From an uncultured Chloroflexia bacterium (lineage in GTDB: Bacteria > Chloroflexota > Limnocylindria > Limnocylindrales > CSP1-4), in NCBI GenBank assembly GCA_963849405.1, contig CAWKHG010000005.1:714480-778479 (forward strand): a DNA stretch of 64,000 nucleotides, read 5' to 3'. Below the pieces are notes generated by a model, which saw only the letters and a list, made by a program, of their open reading frames with translations, searched no databases and was not told the DNA's origin. The first letter of the stretch is position 1. Every line of letters begins with the position of its first letter. Made by a program: the position numbers and the translations under genes. Shown here in pieces: positions 42,224 through 50,924 of the stretch.

Positions 42224-43214
42224 TGCTCGAGGTCCTCGAGCCGGGGTTCCTCTCGACCGTCCAGGATGCCGGCCGTGCCGGGTTCCACGGACCTCGGCGT
42301 GCCGGTCGGCGGCGCCTGTGACACCTGGTCGATGGCCGTGGCGAACCTCCTCGCGGGCAACGATCCGGGCGACGCCGTGCTGGAGATCACGATCGCCGGG
42401 CCGGAGCTCGTCGTGCTCCGGCGGTGTGTCATCGCCGCTCGCCGGTGCGGACCTGGGCGCGCGCGTCGTCGAGGAGGCCCGCCCGATCGCGCCCGGCACG
42501 GCCCATCTCGTCCACCCCGGGACGCGCATCGGGTTCGGCGGCGGCGAGGTCGGTGCCCGGACGTATCTCGCAGTCGCCGGCGGCATCGACGTGCCGCAGA
42601 TCCTCGGCTCGCGCGCGACGTCGCTGGTCGGGGCGTTCGGCGGCATCGACGGGCGTCCGCTCCGGCGGGGCGACCGGATCGAGCCCGGGCGGCCGGACGA
42701 CGTGTCGGCCGCGGGTCGCTCCTGGCCGCCAGGGATCCCCCTGCACCGGATGGGCGACGTGGTCGGCCTCCTCCCGGCTCCCCGCTCGCTGGCCCGTCCG
42801 GTCCGCCGCGTCTACGAGGCGTTGCTCGCGACGCCCTGGGCCGTCGCGCCGGCGTCGGATCGCCAGGGCCTCCGTCTCGAAGGCCCGGCGCTGCCCGTCG
42901 ATGCGCGCACGGCGGGCGCCATGCTCTCGCGCGGCGTCATCCCCGGTGCCGTCCAGGTGCCGCCCGGCGGCTCGCCGATCGTGCTCCTGGTGGATGCCCA
43001 GACCGTCGGCGGCTATCCCGTCGCCGGGGTGGTCCCGGCGGCCGACCTGCCGATCCTGGCCCAACTCCGGCCCGGGGCGACCCTCCGTTTCGCGGCGACG
43101 ACCATCGCCGATGCCCTCGCCGCGCGGCGTGCCCAGCGCGCGGACCTCGCCGAGGCGGCTCGGCTCCTTGCCGCGACCGAGGACTGGCACGCGATCGCCG
43201 AGGGCATGGGCTGA
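42223..43214 (+). pseudogene. pxpC: 5-oxoprolinase subunit C (KipA / allophanate hydrolase subunit 2), 2 frame changes
   Basis: ATG 42223 shares a base with the pxpB stop (MLEVLEPGFLSTVQDAGR). Continues in ORF 42266..43252 (GVPVGGACD...EITIAGPEL), then ORF 41796..43214 (DRQGLRLEG...TVGGYPV...). Confidence 0.8.
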
Positions 43215-43274
43215 CCGCCGCCGGGGCAGGCCCGGACGCAACGCCGAGGTGACCCCGGATCGACTCTGGACACG

Positions 43275-43305
43275 AAAAAACGGCACCACCCTGATGGGCG
43301 ATGCC
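43275..43305 (-). terminator. intrinsic terminator (10-bp stem, ATCA loop, T6 tail on the minus strand)
   Basis: Minus strand GGCATCGCCC-ATCA-GGGTGGTGCC-GTTTTTTCG, 36 nt after the stop of ORF 43341..43577. An A6 run is rare in this sequence. Confidence 0.7.
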
Positions 43306-43340
43306 GCTGCGAGGCGCGGGTTGGGCTCGGGCGCTTCGGG

Positions 43341-43577
43341 CTAGCTGGTGGGGTTGGACTCGGCGTCGTCGAGGGCTCGACCGACCCGGGTCACCGCCTC
43401 GCCGATGGCGAGGACTGCGCCGCCGATCGCTCGGCGGACGGTGGAGTGATCCGGCTCGAAGGGAAGAGCCTCACGCTGAGCCTCGTCATAGCGCCGAGCG
43501 AGCTGGATGCGCGCGGCTTCTCGCTGATGCTCCGCGATGATGTCCTTGGCGCGCTGGTGCTGGAAGTACCAGGTCAT
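43341..43577 (-). CDS. small hypothetical protein (78 aa)
   Basis: Intact ORF. SD AAGGAG lies 5 nt before the ATG and a terminator follows. MTWYFQHQRAKDIIAEHQREAARIQLARRY... Confidence 0.6.
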   Translation of the reverse strand: MTWYFQHQRAKDIIAEHQREAARIQLARRYDEAQREALPFEPDHSTVRRAIGGAVLAIGEAVTRVGRALDDAESNPTS

Positions 43578-43718
43578 TCAGTCTCCTTCACCGATCCACG
43601 AGGTTGGCGCACGGCGGGTGTCGAACTCTCGCGAGTCGACGCCTCCGGCCACGGCGGCGAAGCCGAGGACGATGAAGCCGACCAGCAGAACGACGAGGAA
43701 GGCGATCGATCCGTCCAT
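43578..43718 (-). CDS. small single-pass membrane peptide (46 aa; below the ORF-track cutoff)
   Basis: My own translation: MDGSIAFLVVLLVGFIVLGFAAVAGGVDSREFDTRRAPTSWIGEGD*. GGAG lies 8 nt upstream. The stop abuts the next ATG. Confidence 0.5.
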   Translation of the reverse strand: MDGSIAFLVVLLVGFIVLGFAAVAGGVDSREFDTRRAPTSWIGEGD

Positions 43719-43732
43719 CTGGTGGTCTCCGA

Positions 43733-43811
43733 TAACCTGTTTAGGGGCCTTGTGTGGTTACCCAGATAATAGGGTCTTGCGCGTAACCTGTCAAGTGGTC
43801 TATGGTGGTTA
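43733..43811. promoter_or_regulatory. two 28-bp operator-like repeats, TAACCTGT-N12-(T/G)GTGGTTA, 51 bp apart
   Basis: Site 1, 43733-43760: TAACCTGTttaggggccttgTGTGGTTA. Site 2, 43784-43811: TAACCTGTcaagtggtctatGGTGGTTA. Each contains the inverted pair TAACC/GGTTA. Confidence 0.55.
43766..43794 (-). promoter_or_regulatory. near-consensus promoter TTGACA-N17-TATTAT driving the two-peptide operon
   Basis: Minus strand cacTTGACAggttacgcgcaagacccTATTATctgg; -35 = 43794-43789, -10 = 43771-43766. A plus-strand TTGCGC-N18-TATGGT (43777-43806) ends 9 nt before ATG 43816. Confidence 0.6.
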
Positions 43812-43815
43812 CGAC

Positions 43816-44472
43816 ATGACCGACTTCATCCCGCCCTACCACTACGTCAGCGTCGACACGGCGCTCGATTTCGTGGACACCATCGAGACGGAACACGGCG
43901 AGTTGGTGGACCGATTCACATCGACCGCGGATGCGATCGACTGGTTGCGAGAGCACGGCCTCCTGCACGAGCCCGTCGAGCCCGAGGTCAAGGCCCTGCG
44001 TCGGCCCGGGCCGGACAGCGACCGCGCCCTGGCCCGCATCCGGCGCGTCCGCGAGGCCCTCCGGGAGATCCTCATCGCGAGCATCGAGCACCGGCCGGCC
44101 GCCGGGCGCGCGATCGACACCGTCAACCGGACGATGCTCGCCCGCCAGAAGTTCATTTTGGTGTGCGGCCCGGAAGGCAAGCTCGACCACCGCCACGAAG
44201 GCGACGCGATCGACGACGTCCTCGCCCGGCTCACCGAACGGGTCGCCCGACAGACGATCAGCCCGGACGTGGACCGGCTGAGGATGTGTGCCAGCGATAC
44301 CTGCGACTGGCTCTTCTACGACTCGTCACGGACGGGGCGCCGGCGCTGGTGCGACATGAACACCTGCGGCAACCGGGCGAAGGCGGCCCGCCATCGCGCG
44401 CGGACCCGCGACACGGTCGTGCTCGACGCCGGGGCCGGCGTGGGTGCGAGCGCGACGTCCGCGACCGCCTGA
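43816..44472 (+). CDS. CGNR zinc-finger (ABATE + zf-CGNR) domain protein, putative regulator
   Basis: C-terminal 218 aa of ORF 43537..44472, starting at ATG 43816. [42 protein letters not shown]. Confidence 0.85.
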   Translation: MTDFIPPYHYVSVDTALDFVDTIETEHGELVDRFTSTADAIDWLREHGLLHEPVEPEVKALRRPGPDSDRALARIRRVREALREILIASIEHRPAAGRAIDTVNRTMLARQKFILVCGPEGKLDHRHEGDAIDDVLARLTERVARQTISPDVDRLRMCASDTCDWLFYDSSRTGRRRWCDMNTCGNRAKAARHRARTRDTVVLDAGAGVGASATSATA

Positions 44473-44509
44473 CGGCGTAACCCCGGGGCGGCGCCCCGAA
44501 CCTCGCGGC

Positions 44510-47090
44510 CTAGCCGCGGACGACGATGTTCACCAGGCGGCCGCCGGCGTGGATGACCCGATCCGGCTTCCTGCCGGCGAGCGCGGCCACGATCTTCGGC
44601 TGGTTCAGCACCAGCGCCTCGAGCTCGGCCTGCCCGATCCCGACCGGCACCGTGACCCGATCTCGGACCTTGCCGTTGACCTGGATGGGGACCTCGCGGG
44701 TCTCGTCGACGATCGCGGTCGTGTCGACCTCGGGCCAGCGCTGGGCGTGGATCGACTCCCAGGCTCGACCCGCCGCGGCCGCCCGGCGGCTCCACAGCTC
44801 CTCGGTGATGTGCGGCGCGGCGGGCGCCAGCATGAGCAGCAGCAGGTCCACCGCCTCGTGCCAGGCCGGGCCGTCGGCGACCTCGGTCCCCCGATAGCGC
44901 ATGAGCGCGTTCGTGAGCTCCATCAGGTGCGAGACCATCGTGTTGAACTTGAACTCCGGGAACTCGGCCGAGACGGTCCGCAGGGTGCGATGGGCGGCCA
45001 TCCGGATCGTCCGGGTGGCAGCGGCTCGCGTCCTCGCCGGCCGGCAGCTTCCCGCCGTCGGCGTCGCCGCGCTCGCGGCCGTTCGGATCGAGCCCAAGCG
45101 TCCACACCCGGCCAAGGAACTTGTGGATCCCGCCGATGCCGGTCGGACTCCAGGGCCCGCCCTGGTCCCACGGACCCATGAACATCAGGAAGAGCCGGAT
45201 CGTGTCCGCCCCGTAGCGGGCGACGAGATCGTCGGGGTCCTCGACGTTGCCCCGCGACTTGCTCATCCGCTCGCCGTCGGCGCCCAGGATCTGGCCCTGG
45301 TTGAACAGCCGCTTGAATGGCTCGTCCTGGGCGACGAGGCCCAGGTCGCGCATCGCCTTCGTCCAGAACCGGCTGTACAGGAGGTGCATCACGGCGTGCT
45401 CGGCGCCGCCGGTGTACTGGTCGACGGGCGTCCAGCGGTCGGCAGGCGCCCGCTCGAACGGCTCGCGGTCGTCGTGCGGCGAGAGGTAGCGGAACCAGTA
45501 CCACGACGAGTCGACGAACGTGTCCATCGTGTCCGTCTCGCGCCGGGCCGGCTCGCCGCAGCGCGGGCAGGCGACCCGCAGGAACGCCTCGTCACGGTTC
45601 AGCGGGTTCTCGCCGCGACCCGCGTAGTCGACCGTGTCGGGTAAGCGGACCGGCAGGTCCTCGTCGGGAACGGGGACGATCCCATCGCGGTCGCAATAGA
45701 TGACCGGGATCGGCGTGCCCCAGTAGCGCTGGCGGCTGAATAACCAGTCACGCAGGCGGTACGTCACCGTCGCCTTGGCGAGGCCGCGCTCGGCAAGCCG
45801 GGCAACGATCCTCCGCCCACCCTCGTCGGCCGGCAGCCCCGTCTCCGCGCCCGAGTTGACGAGGATCTCGTCCTCGGCGTGGGAGACATACGCCGTCTCG
45901 AGCTCGCTGCCCTCCGTGCCCGGAGCCGCAACGACCTGCCGGATGGGCAGCTCGAACCGCTTGGCGAACTCGAAGTCGCGCTCGTCATGGGCGGGCACGG
46001 CCATGATCGCGCCGGTGCCGTAGCCGGAGAGGACGTAGTCGGCGATCCAGATCGGGATCCGCTCGTCGTTGACCGGATTGGTCGCGTACGAGCCGGTGAA
46101 GACGCCGCTCTTCTCGCGGTCCGTCGACAGCCGCTCGATCTCCGTCCGTCGGGCCGCCGCCGTGACGTATCGCTCGACCTCCGCGCGGCGGTCGGGGTGG
46201 GTCAGCGTGGGCACGAGCGCGTGCTCGGGCGCCAGCACCATGAACGTCGCGCCGTACAGCGTGTCCGGACGGGTCGTGAAGACGCGCAGCTCGGCGCCGC
46301 CCGGCTGGACGTCGTCGGCGGCCGTCGTGAAGACGATCTCGGCGCCCTCCGAGCGTCCGATCCAGTTCGTCTGCTGGACCTTGATCGACTCCGGCCACTC
46401 GATCCCCGTGAAGTCGAGCAGCTCGTCGGCGTACTTGGTCGTGCGCAGGTACCACTGCTCCAGGTCGCGCTTCTCGACCAGCGCACCGCAGCGCCAGCAA
46501 TGCCGGTCGGCGCCCTCGACCTGCTCGCGCGCGAGCGTCCCGTCGTTGGGGCACCAGTCGACCGGCGACATCCGCCGGTACGCCAGGCCGGCCTCCAGGA
46601 ACTTGAGGAACAGCCACTGGTTCCAGCGGTAGAACTCGGGTTCGCAGGTGACGATCTCGTATCGCCAGTCGAACACCGCGCCCATCGTCCGGAACTGCCT
46701 TCGCTCGTGCTCGATGTTCTGCATCGTCCAGTCGCGCGGGTTGATGTTGTTCCGGATGGCGGCGTTCTCGGCGGGCAGGCCGAAGGCATCGAAGCCGATC
46801 GGGAAGAACACGTTCTCGCCGTGCATGCGGTGGAAGCGGGCCAGCGCGTCGGTCGGGGTCACGATGTACCAGTGCCCGATGTGGAGGTCGCCCGACGGGT
46901 AGGGGTACATCGTCAGGATGTAGGACTTCGGCAGGGACGTGTCCTGGAGGTCGGTCTCGTACAGGCCGAGCTCCGCCCAGCGAGCCTGCCAGCGCGGCTC
47001 GAACTCGGTCGGGTCGAACCGCTCCAGCCGGGCCCGCGCCGGGCGGCCGGTCGACCCGTCGTCCTTGGTCTTCTTGTCGGTGGCGGTCAC
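44510..47090 (-). CDS. leuS: leucine--tRNA ligase, one frame change near 45000-45100
   Basis: ORF 44316..47726 carries [11 protein letters not shown] (HIGH), the CP1 editing domain and RMSKSRGN (KMSKS). The C-terminal anticodon-binding part ([13 protein letters not shown]...VNIVVRG*) is in ORF 44510..45115. Start taken as GTG 47090; the longer ORF reads through the tRNA. Confidence 0.9.
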
Positions 47091-47113
47091 GCTCGCTTGC
47101 CCCTCTGACACTG

Positions 47114-47141
47114 AACCCCCCGCCGATCCCGGTGGGGGGTT
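47114..47141 (-). terminator. very stable 12-bp hairpin directly 3' of tRNA-Ala and 24 nt upstream of the leuS start
   Basis: Plus strand AACCCCCCGCCG-atcc-CGGTGGGGGGTT. There is no U-tract, so it could be a terminator, a processing site or an attenuator. Confidence 0.4.
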
Positions 47142-47216
47142 GGTGGAGCTACGGGGATTCGAACCCCGGACCTTCTGAATGCCATTCAGACGCTCTTCCA
47201 GCTGAGCTATAGCCCC
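47141..47216 (-). tRNA. tRNA-Ala (anticodon GGC), CCA encoded
   Basis: Minus strand GGGGCTATAGCTCAGCTGGAAGAGCGTCTGAATGGCATTCAGAAGGTCCGGGGTTCGAATCCCCGTAGCTCCACCA. Cloverleaf folds by hand. Anticodon loop AU-GGC-AU; G3:U70 alanine identity pair. Confidence 0.95.
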
Positions 47217-47232
47217 ACGGACGCGGAGCGCG

Positions 47233-47241
47233 AGTGTACCA
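47233..47241 (-). promoter_or_regulatory. extended -10 element TGGTACACT upstream of tRNA-Ala(GGC)
   Basis: Minus strand gtttGGTACACTcgcg, 16 nt before the mature 5' end. The identical 10-mer TGGTACACTC recurs upstream of the second tRNA-Ala. Confidence 0.45.
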
Positions 47242-47377
47242 AACACCCTCGCGGACGACGGCCGGTCCGAACGTGGCTCGGCGGGCTCCAGAAGGTCGCC
47301 CTGCCCGTCGCCAGCTGGCACCGCCCACGCTCGGCCCGCGGTGCCGATGCGCCGCTCGCGGCGGTACAGTGGGCTCG

Positions 47378-48369
47378 ATGTCGCCCCAGACCCGCCTCCG
47401 ACGGCCTCGCCGGGGCGTGCTTCCCCTGCTCGCGGCGTTCGCGATCGTCCTCCTGGTGGCTGGGTGCGCCACGGACGTGCTGCCGCCCCCGTCCGTCGTG
47501 ATCCCAACGGACGCCACCTCACCAGCCCCGAGCGTGGCCGAGACCGCGAGCCCGACGCCCAGCCCGACTCCGACCGCCAGCCCGACCCCACGCCGACGCC
47601 CAGTCCGACCCCGGTCCCGACGCCGCTGATCCAGGACGGCCCCAACCTGGTCGGCTCCGGCGTGAAGCATTGCCCCGGGACGGTGAAGGGCGGCCAGACC
47701 GGCTCCACCGCCAGCCAGACCAGCACGAACTGGTCCGGCTACGCGATCGTCACGTCGCGCACGATCATCACATGCGTCGAGGCCGAGTGGGTGCAGCCCA
47801 AGGTCAAGTGCCACGGCACCAAGCAGACGTCCGTGTCGATCTGGGTCGGCCTCGGCGGGTTCGGCCAGGGCCGGCTCGTGCAGATCGGCACGGCCATCGA
47901 CTGCGTCAACGGGGCCTCGATCGACTACAGCTGGCACGAGTCGCTGCCCAAGGAACGGCGCGAGATCGACACGCCGGTCTCGATCACCGAGGGCGACCGG
48001 GTCTGGGCCCAGGCCCGCTGGGTCGGCGGCTCGACGTACCAGCTCTCCCTCGCCAACCTCACCGACCCGGACGGGTTCACGATCAAATCCGTGAACGGAG
48101 GGCTCCGCCGGACCGAGGCCGAGTGGATCGCCGAGGCGCCGAGCGCGTGCACGGCGACCCGCTGCCGGGTGCTGTCGATGCCGAACTGGGGCAAGGTGAC
48201 CTTCGACCACATCTGGGCCACGGTGTCGGGCGTGCGGACCACGCTCAAGGCGACCGGTTCCACCCGGGTACGCATCCGATTGGCGACCAACGGCGGCACG
48301 ACCCGCTCGATCGTGACCAGCACCGCCACCGACGGGGCCTCGTTCGTCGTGACCTGGCGGCGCGCGTAG
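47378..48369 (+). CDS. lipoprotein-anchored G1-family (eqolisin-like) glutamic peptidase, one frame change in the Pro/Thr linker near 47590
   Basis: Signal and lipobox [30 protein letters not shown] in the ORF 47234..47629 frame. Catalytic domain in ORF 47341..48369: [25 protein letters not shown] (Gln region), EAEWIAEAP (Glu region). Confidence 0.75.
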
Positions 48370-49187
48370 TGGTCGCCCAGCGAGCCGAGATCGCCGAGGA
48401 GCCCGTCCTCGTCCAGCTCGCCGGCGGCGCGCTGCCCTACACCCTGCGCCGGTCGCCGCGGGCCCGTCGGATCCGGGTGGTCGTCGATCCCGCGCGCGGC
48501 GCGATCGTCACCGTTCCCGGCGGGCGGCGGCTCGGGGCGGGTGAGGGACGGCGGCTGGCGGCGACGTTCGTCGCCGAGCGCGAGACCTGGATCCGCGGCC
48601 ACCTCGCCCGCCAGGCCGAACGCCGGGCCCGGCTCGTCGAGCTCGGCCCGCTCCAGACCGGATCGCACATCCCGCTCTACGGGCTGGAGCACCGTCTCGT
48701 GTTCGTCCCGGCACGTGCGGGGGCCCGCCGCTCATCGGTGCTCCGGGATGCCGGTTCGACGGAGCTGATCGTCCGCCTCGCCGACCGCGATGACCGCTCG
48801 GCCGCGGCGGTGCTGCGCGACTTCTGCCGCGATCTCGCGCGGCCGGTCATCGAAGCGTCCCTGGCCGACCACGCGGCCGCCCTCGGCGTCAGCCCCACGG
48901 CCGTCTCGATCCGCGACCAGCGGACCCGCTGGGGGAGCGCCTCACGCGCCGGGCGGCTCTCGTTCAGCTGGCGGCTCATCCTGGCCCCGGCGGAAGCCCT
49001 GGATACCGTCGTCATCCACGAGGCGGCTCACCTGCGCGTGTTCGGCCACGGGCCTCGCTTCTGGGCGGTCGTGGCCGGCCGCCGGCCGGATCACCGGCTC
49101 TGGCAGCGCTGGCTGCGCGACCACGCCTTCGAGCTCCATGCGCTCTTCGACGAGCCGCCCGCGCCGGGCGCCCAGCCGGGCCTTTAG
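48369..49187 (+). CDS. M48/YgjP-like (DUF45, SprT-fold) metallopeptidase
   Basis: C-terminal 272 aa of ORF 47670..49187. GTG 48369 shares a base with the upstream TAG. RWGSAS...ISFSWRL, zinc motif VVIHEAAHL. Confidence 0.75.
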   Translation: MVAQRAEIAEEPVLVQLAGGALPYTLRRSPRARRIRVVVDPARGAIVTVPGGRRLGAGEGRRLAATFVAERETWIRGHLARQAERRARLVELGPLQTGSHIPLYGLEHRLVFVPARAGARRSSVLRDAGSTELIVRLADRDDRSAAAVLRDFCRDLARPVIEASLADHAAALGVSPTAVSIRDQRTRWGSASRAGRLSFSWRLILAPAEALDTVVIHEAAHLRVFGHGPRFWAVVAGRRPDHRLWQRWLRDHAFELHALFDEPPAPGAQPGL

Positions 49188-49305
49188 TAGCCCGAGTTCG
49201 AGCCGTCCCGGCCGCACGCGGCCAGGAGCACCGGCAGCGCGATCGCCGCCAGCCACCCGAGACGACCGAGCCGGGACACGGCCGTCTCGAGCGCGTAGCG
49301 CAGGG

Positions 49306-49791
49306 TCACGGCTTGACCGCTTCCCAGTTCGTGTAGATGCCGTTCGCGTCGCCGACCTTCTTGTCGCCGCTGAAGAAGTAGAGCGGCAACCCGTTGTACG
49401 TGACCTGGACGGCGCCGTCGTCACGGGTGATCGTGGCGAACTTGCCGGTCACTCCCGTGTCGCCGGTGGGCGTCGTGCCGGCCGGGACGGTGAGCGGCGG
49501 CCAGGTCCCGGCGCAATCGCCGTTGCAGACGCTCTTGCCGCTGTCCTTCGTGTCCTTGGTGAAGGTGTAGACCGTCATCCCGTTCGAGCTGGCCACCAGG
49601 AGCGTGCCCTTGTCGCCGACCGTCGCGGTCTTCACGACGGCTCCGCCGGCGGCGGCGGACGGGGCCGACGTGGCGGCCGGTGGCTGGGTGGCGGGCGCAG
49701 ACGTGGCGGGCGCCGGGGTGGCGGCACTGCTGCACGCCGCGAGACCGGCGACGATGAAGATGGCCGCGGCCATCAGGGTTCGTGGGCGCAT
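49306..49791 (-). CDS. secreted lipoprotein with COG4315/Lipoprotein_15-type repeats
   Basis: Intact ORF. Lipobox IVAGLAAC. LLVASSNGMTVYTFTKDTKDSGKSVCNGDCAGTWPP and GLPLYFFSGDKKVGDANG. Confidence 0.75.
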   Translation of the reverse strand: MRPRTLMAAAIFIVAGLAACSSAATPAPATSAPATQPPAATSAPSAAAGGAVVKTATVGDKGTLLVASSNGMTVYTFTKDTKDSGKSVCNGDCAGTWPPLTVPAGTTPTGDTGVTGKFATITRDDGAVQVTYNGLPLYFFSGDKKVGDANGIYTNWEAVKP

Positions 49792-49888
49792 GTCAGGGAC
49801 CTCGTTTCGTATCGATGTGGGCCGGTTCAGGGCCTTGTGTTTCGGTCCCTGATACGCACGATCCGGGCGCCCCGGTTCTCAGGCGTTC

Positions 49889-50843
49889 TCAGGCGTGCAC
49901 GGCCGCTGCGTACCAGTCGAGCACGCGCATCGCCGCCAGCGTGATCCACCGGCTCGGCTCGCCCACGCCGTCGTCCATCTCGAAAGTGACCGCGCCCTCG
50001 TGGACGTGCTGGAGGGGCCACCGGCCCTCGGGATCCCGGTTACCTTCCACCACCCCGATCGCCTCGGCGATCCGCTCGTCGGGCTTGACGCCGGCGGCGC
50101 GCAGGTAGTCGAGCCCGCGCAGGCACGTCGTAGTGCCACCAGGTCGGGAACGAGAACTGGAGCCAGCTCGGATCGATCACCTCGCCGGTCGACTTCCGTC
50201 GGAACAGCCGGCGTTCGAGCATGTACGCCTCGCCGCGGCGGCGTGCCTCGGCCACCACGGTCGAGCCGCCGATCGCCCGCTCGTGCTCGAGCAGGCCCTC
50301 CAGGACGTTGATCGTCGTCCCGAGCGACGACACCGTCGCGCCGTTCTCGACCTCGCAGTTCCAGCCGCCATCGGAGAGCTGCTCGCCGAGGAGCCGCTCG
50401 ACGAGCGGGGTCATGTCCACGCCGAAATACGCGCCGGTCGAGACGACGTTGCCGTTGATGCACGGCTCGACCTCGCCATCGAAGAACCCGCTGTCCTTCC
50501 ACGGCGGGTTCCACCAGGCGCCGTCGCCCCAGGTGACGTGTTCGCGGACCAGGCCGATGGCGTGGCGGGCCTGCTCGCTCGCCGGGTCGATGCCCAGGCG
50601 CCGCAGGAGCTCCAGGACGTGGAACGTGTCGGTCCGGTCCTGGGAGAACGCGTTGCCGGCCCACAGGCCGTCCGGCGTCTGCAGCGCGAGCAGCCGGGCA
50701 CCCCAGCCCTCGGTCCCGACCCGTGCCCGTTCGGCCGCGACGATGTCTGCCGGCTCGTGCGTCAGGTCGCGCATCACCTGCCAGCGGATCGAGGGATCGG
50801 AGTCGAGCAGCCAATCGATGACGGCCATGGTCCTACCTTGCAT
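49889..50843 (-). CDS. prenyltransferase/squalene-cyclase-repeat (alpha/alpha-toroid) protein, one frame change near 50125
   Basis: ORF 50040..50843 (QTPDGLW, LSDGGWNCE, WWHYDV). The tail, by my own translation, is LRGLDYLRAAGVKPD...NRDPEGRWPLQ...LAAMRVLDWYAAAVHA* (stop 49889-49891). ATG 50828 is an alternative start. Confidence 0.65.
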
Positions 50844-50924
50844 CCGCCGCCCGCCGCAGTCCCGGCACGTGCCGATCGTCGGGGCGAAACATGACAGGCG
50901 CTGTCATGGTCTGGCGGCCGGGCC

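Noticed and set aside
44510-45115. Possibility of a naturally split LeuRS (alpha/beta as in Aquifex).
   Set aside because: The upstream frame has no stop near the junction. The downstream piece has no SD or start at a domain boundary. The break lies in a variable linker, as expected for a simple indel.
44316-47726. 1136-aa ORF extending leuS upstream across the tRNA-Ala gene and downstream past its stop.
   Set aside because: The N-terminal ~210 aa are translated from the tRNA gene and from the antisense strand of the G1 peptidase gene. The C-terminal part is out of frame. LeuS proper is 44510..47090.
49874-49894. Tandem GTTCTCAGGC x2 at the 3' end of the prenyltransferase-like gene, and a 9-bp inverted repeat (49794-49802 / 49844-49852) in the lipoprotein gene leader.
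   Set aside because: These are small local features without a recognisable motif. They are recorded only as possible slippage duplication and leader structure.
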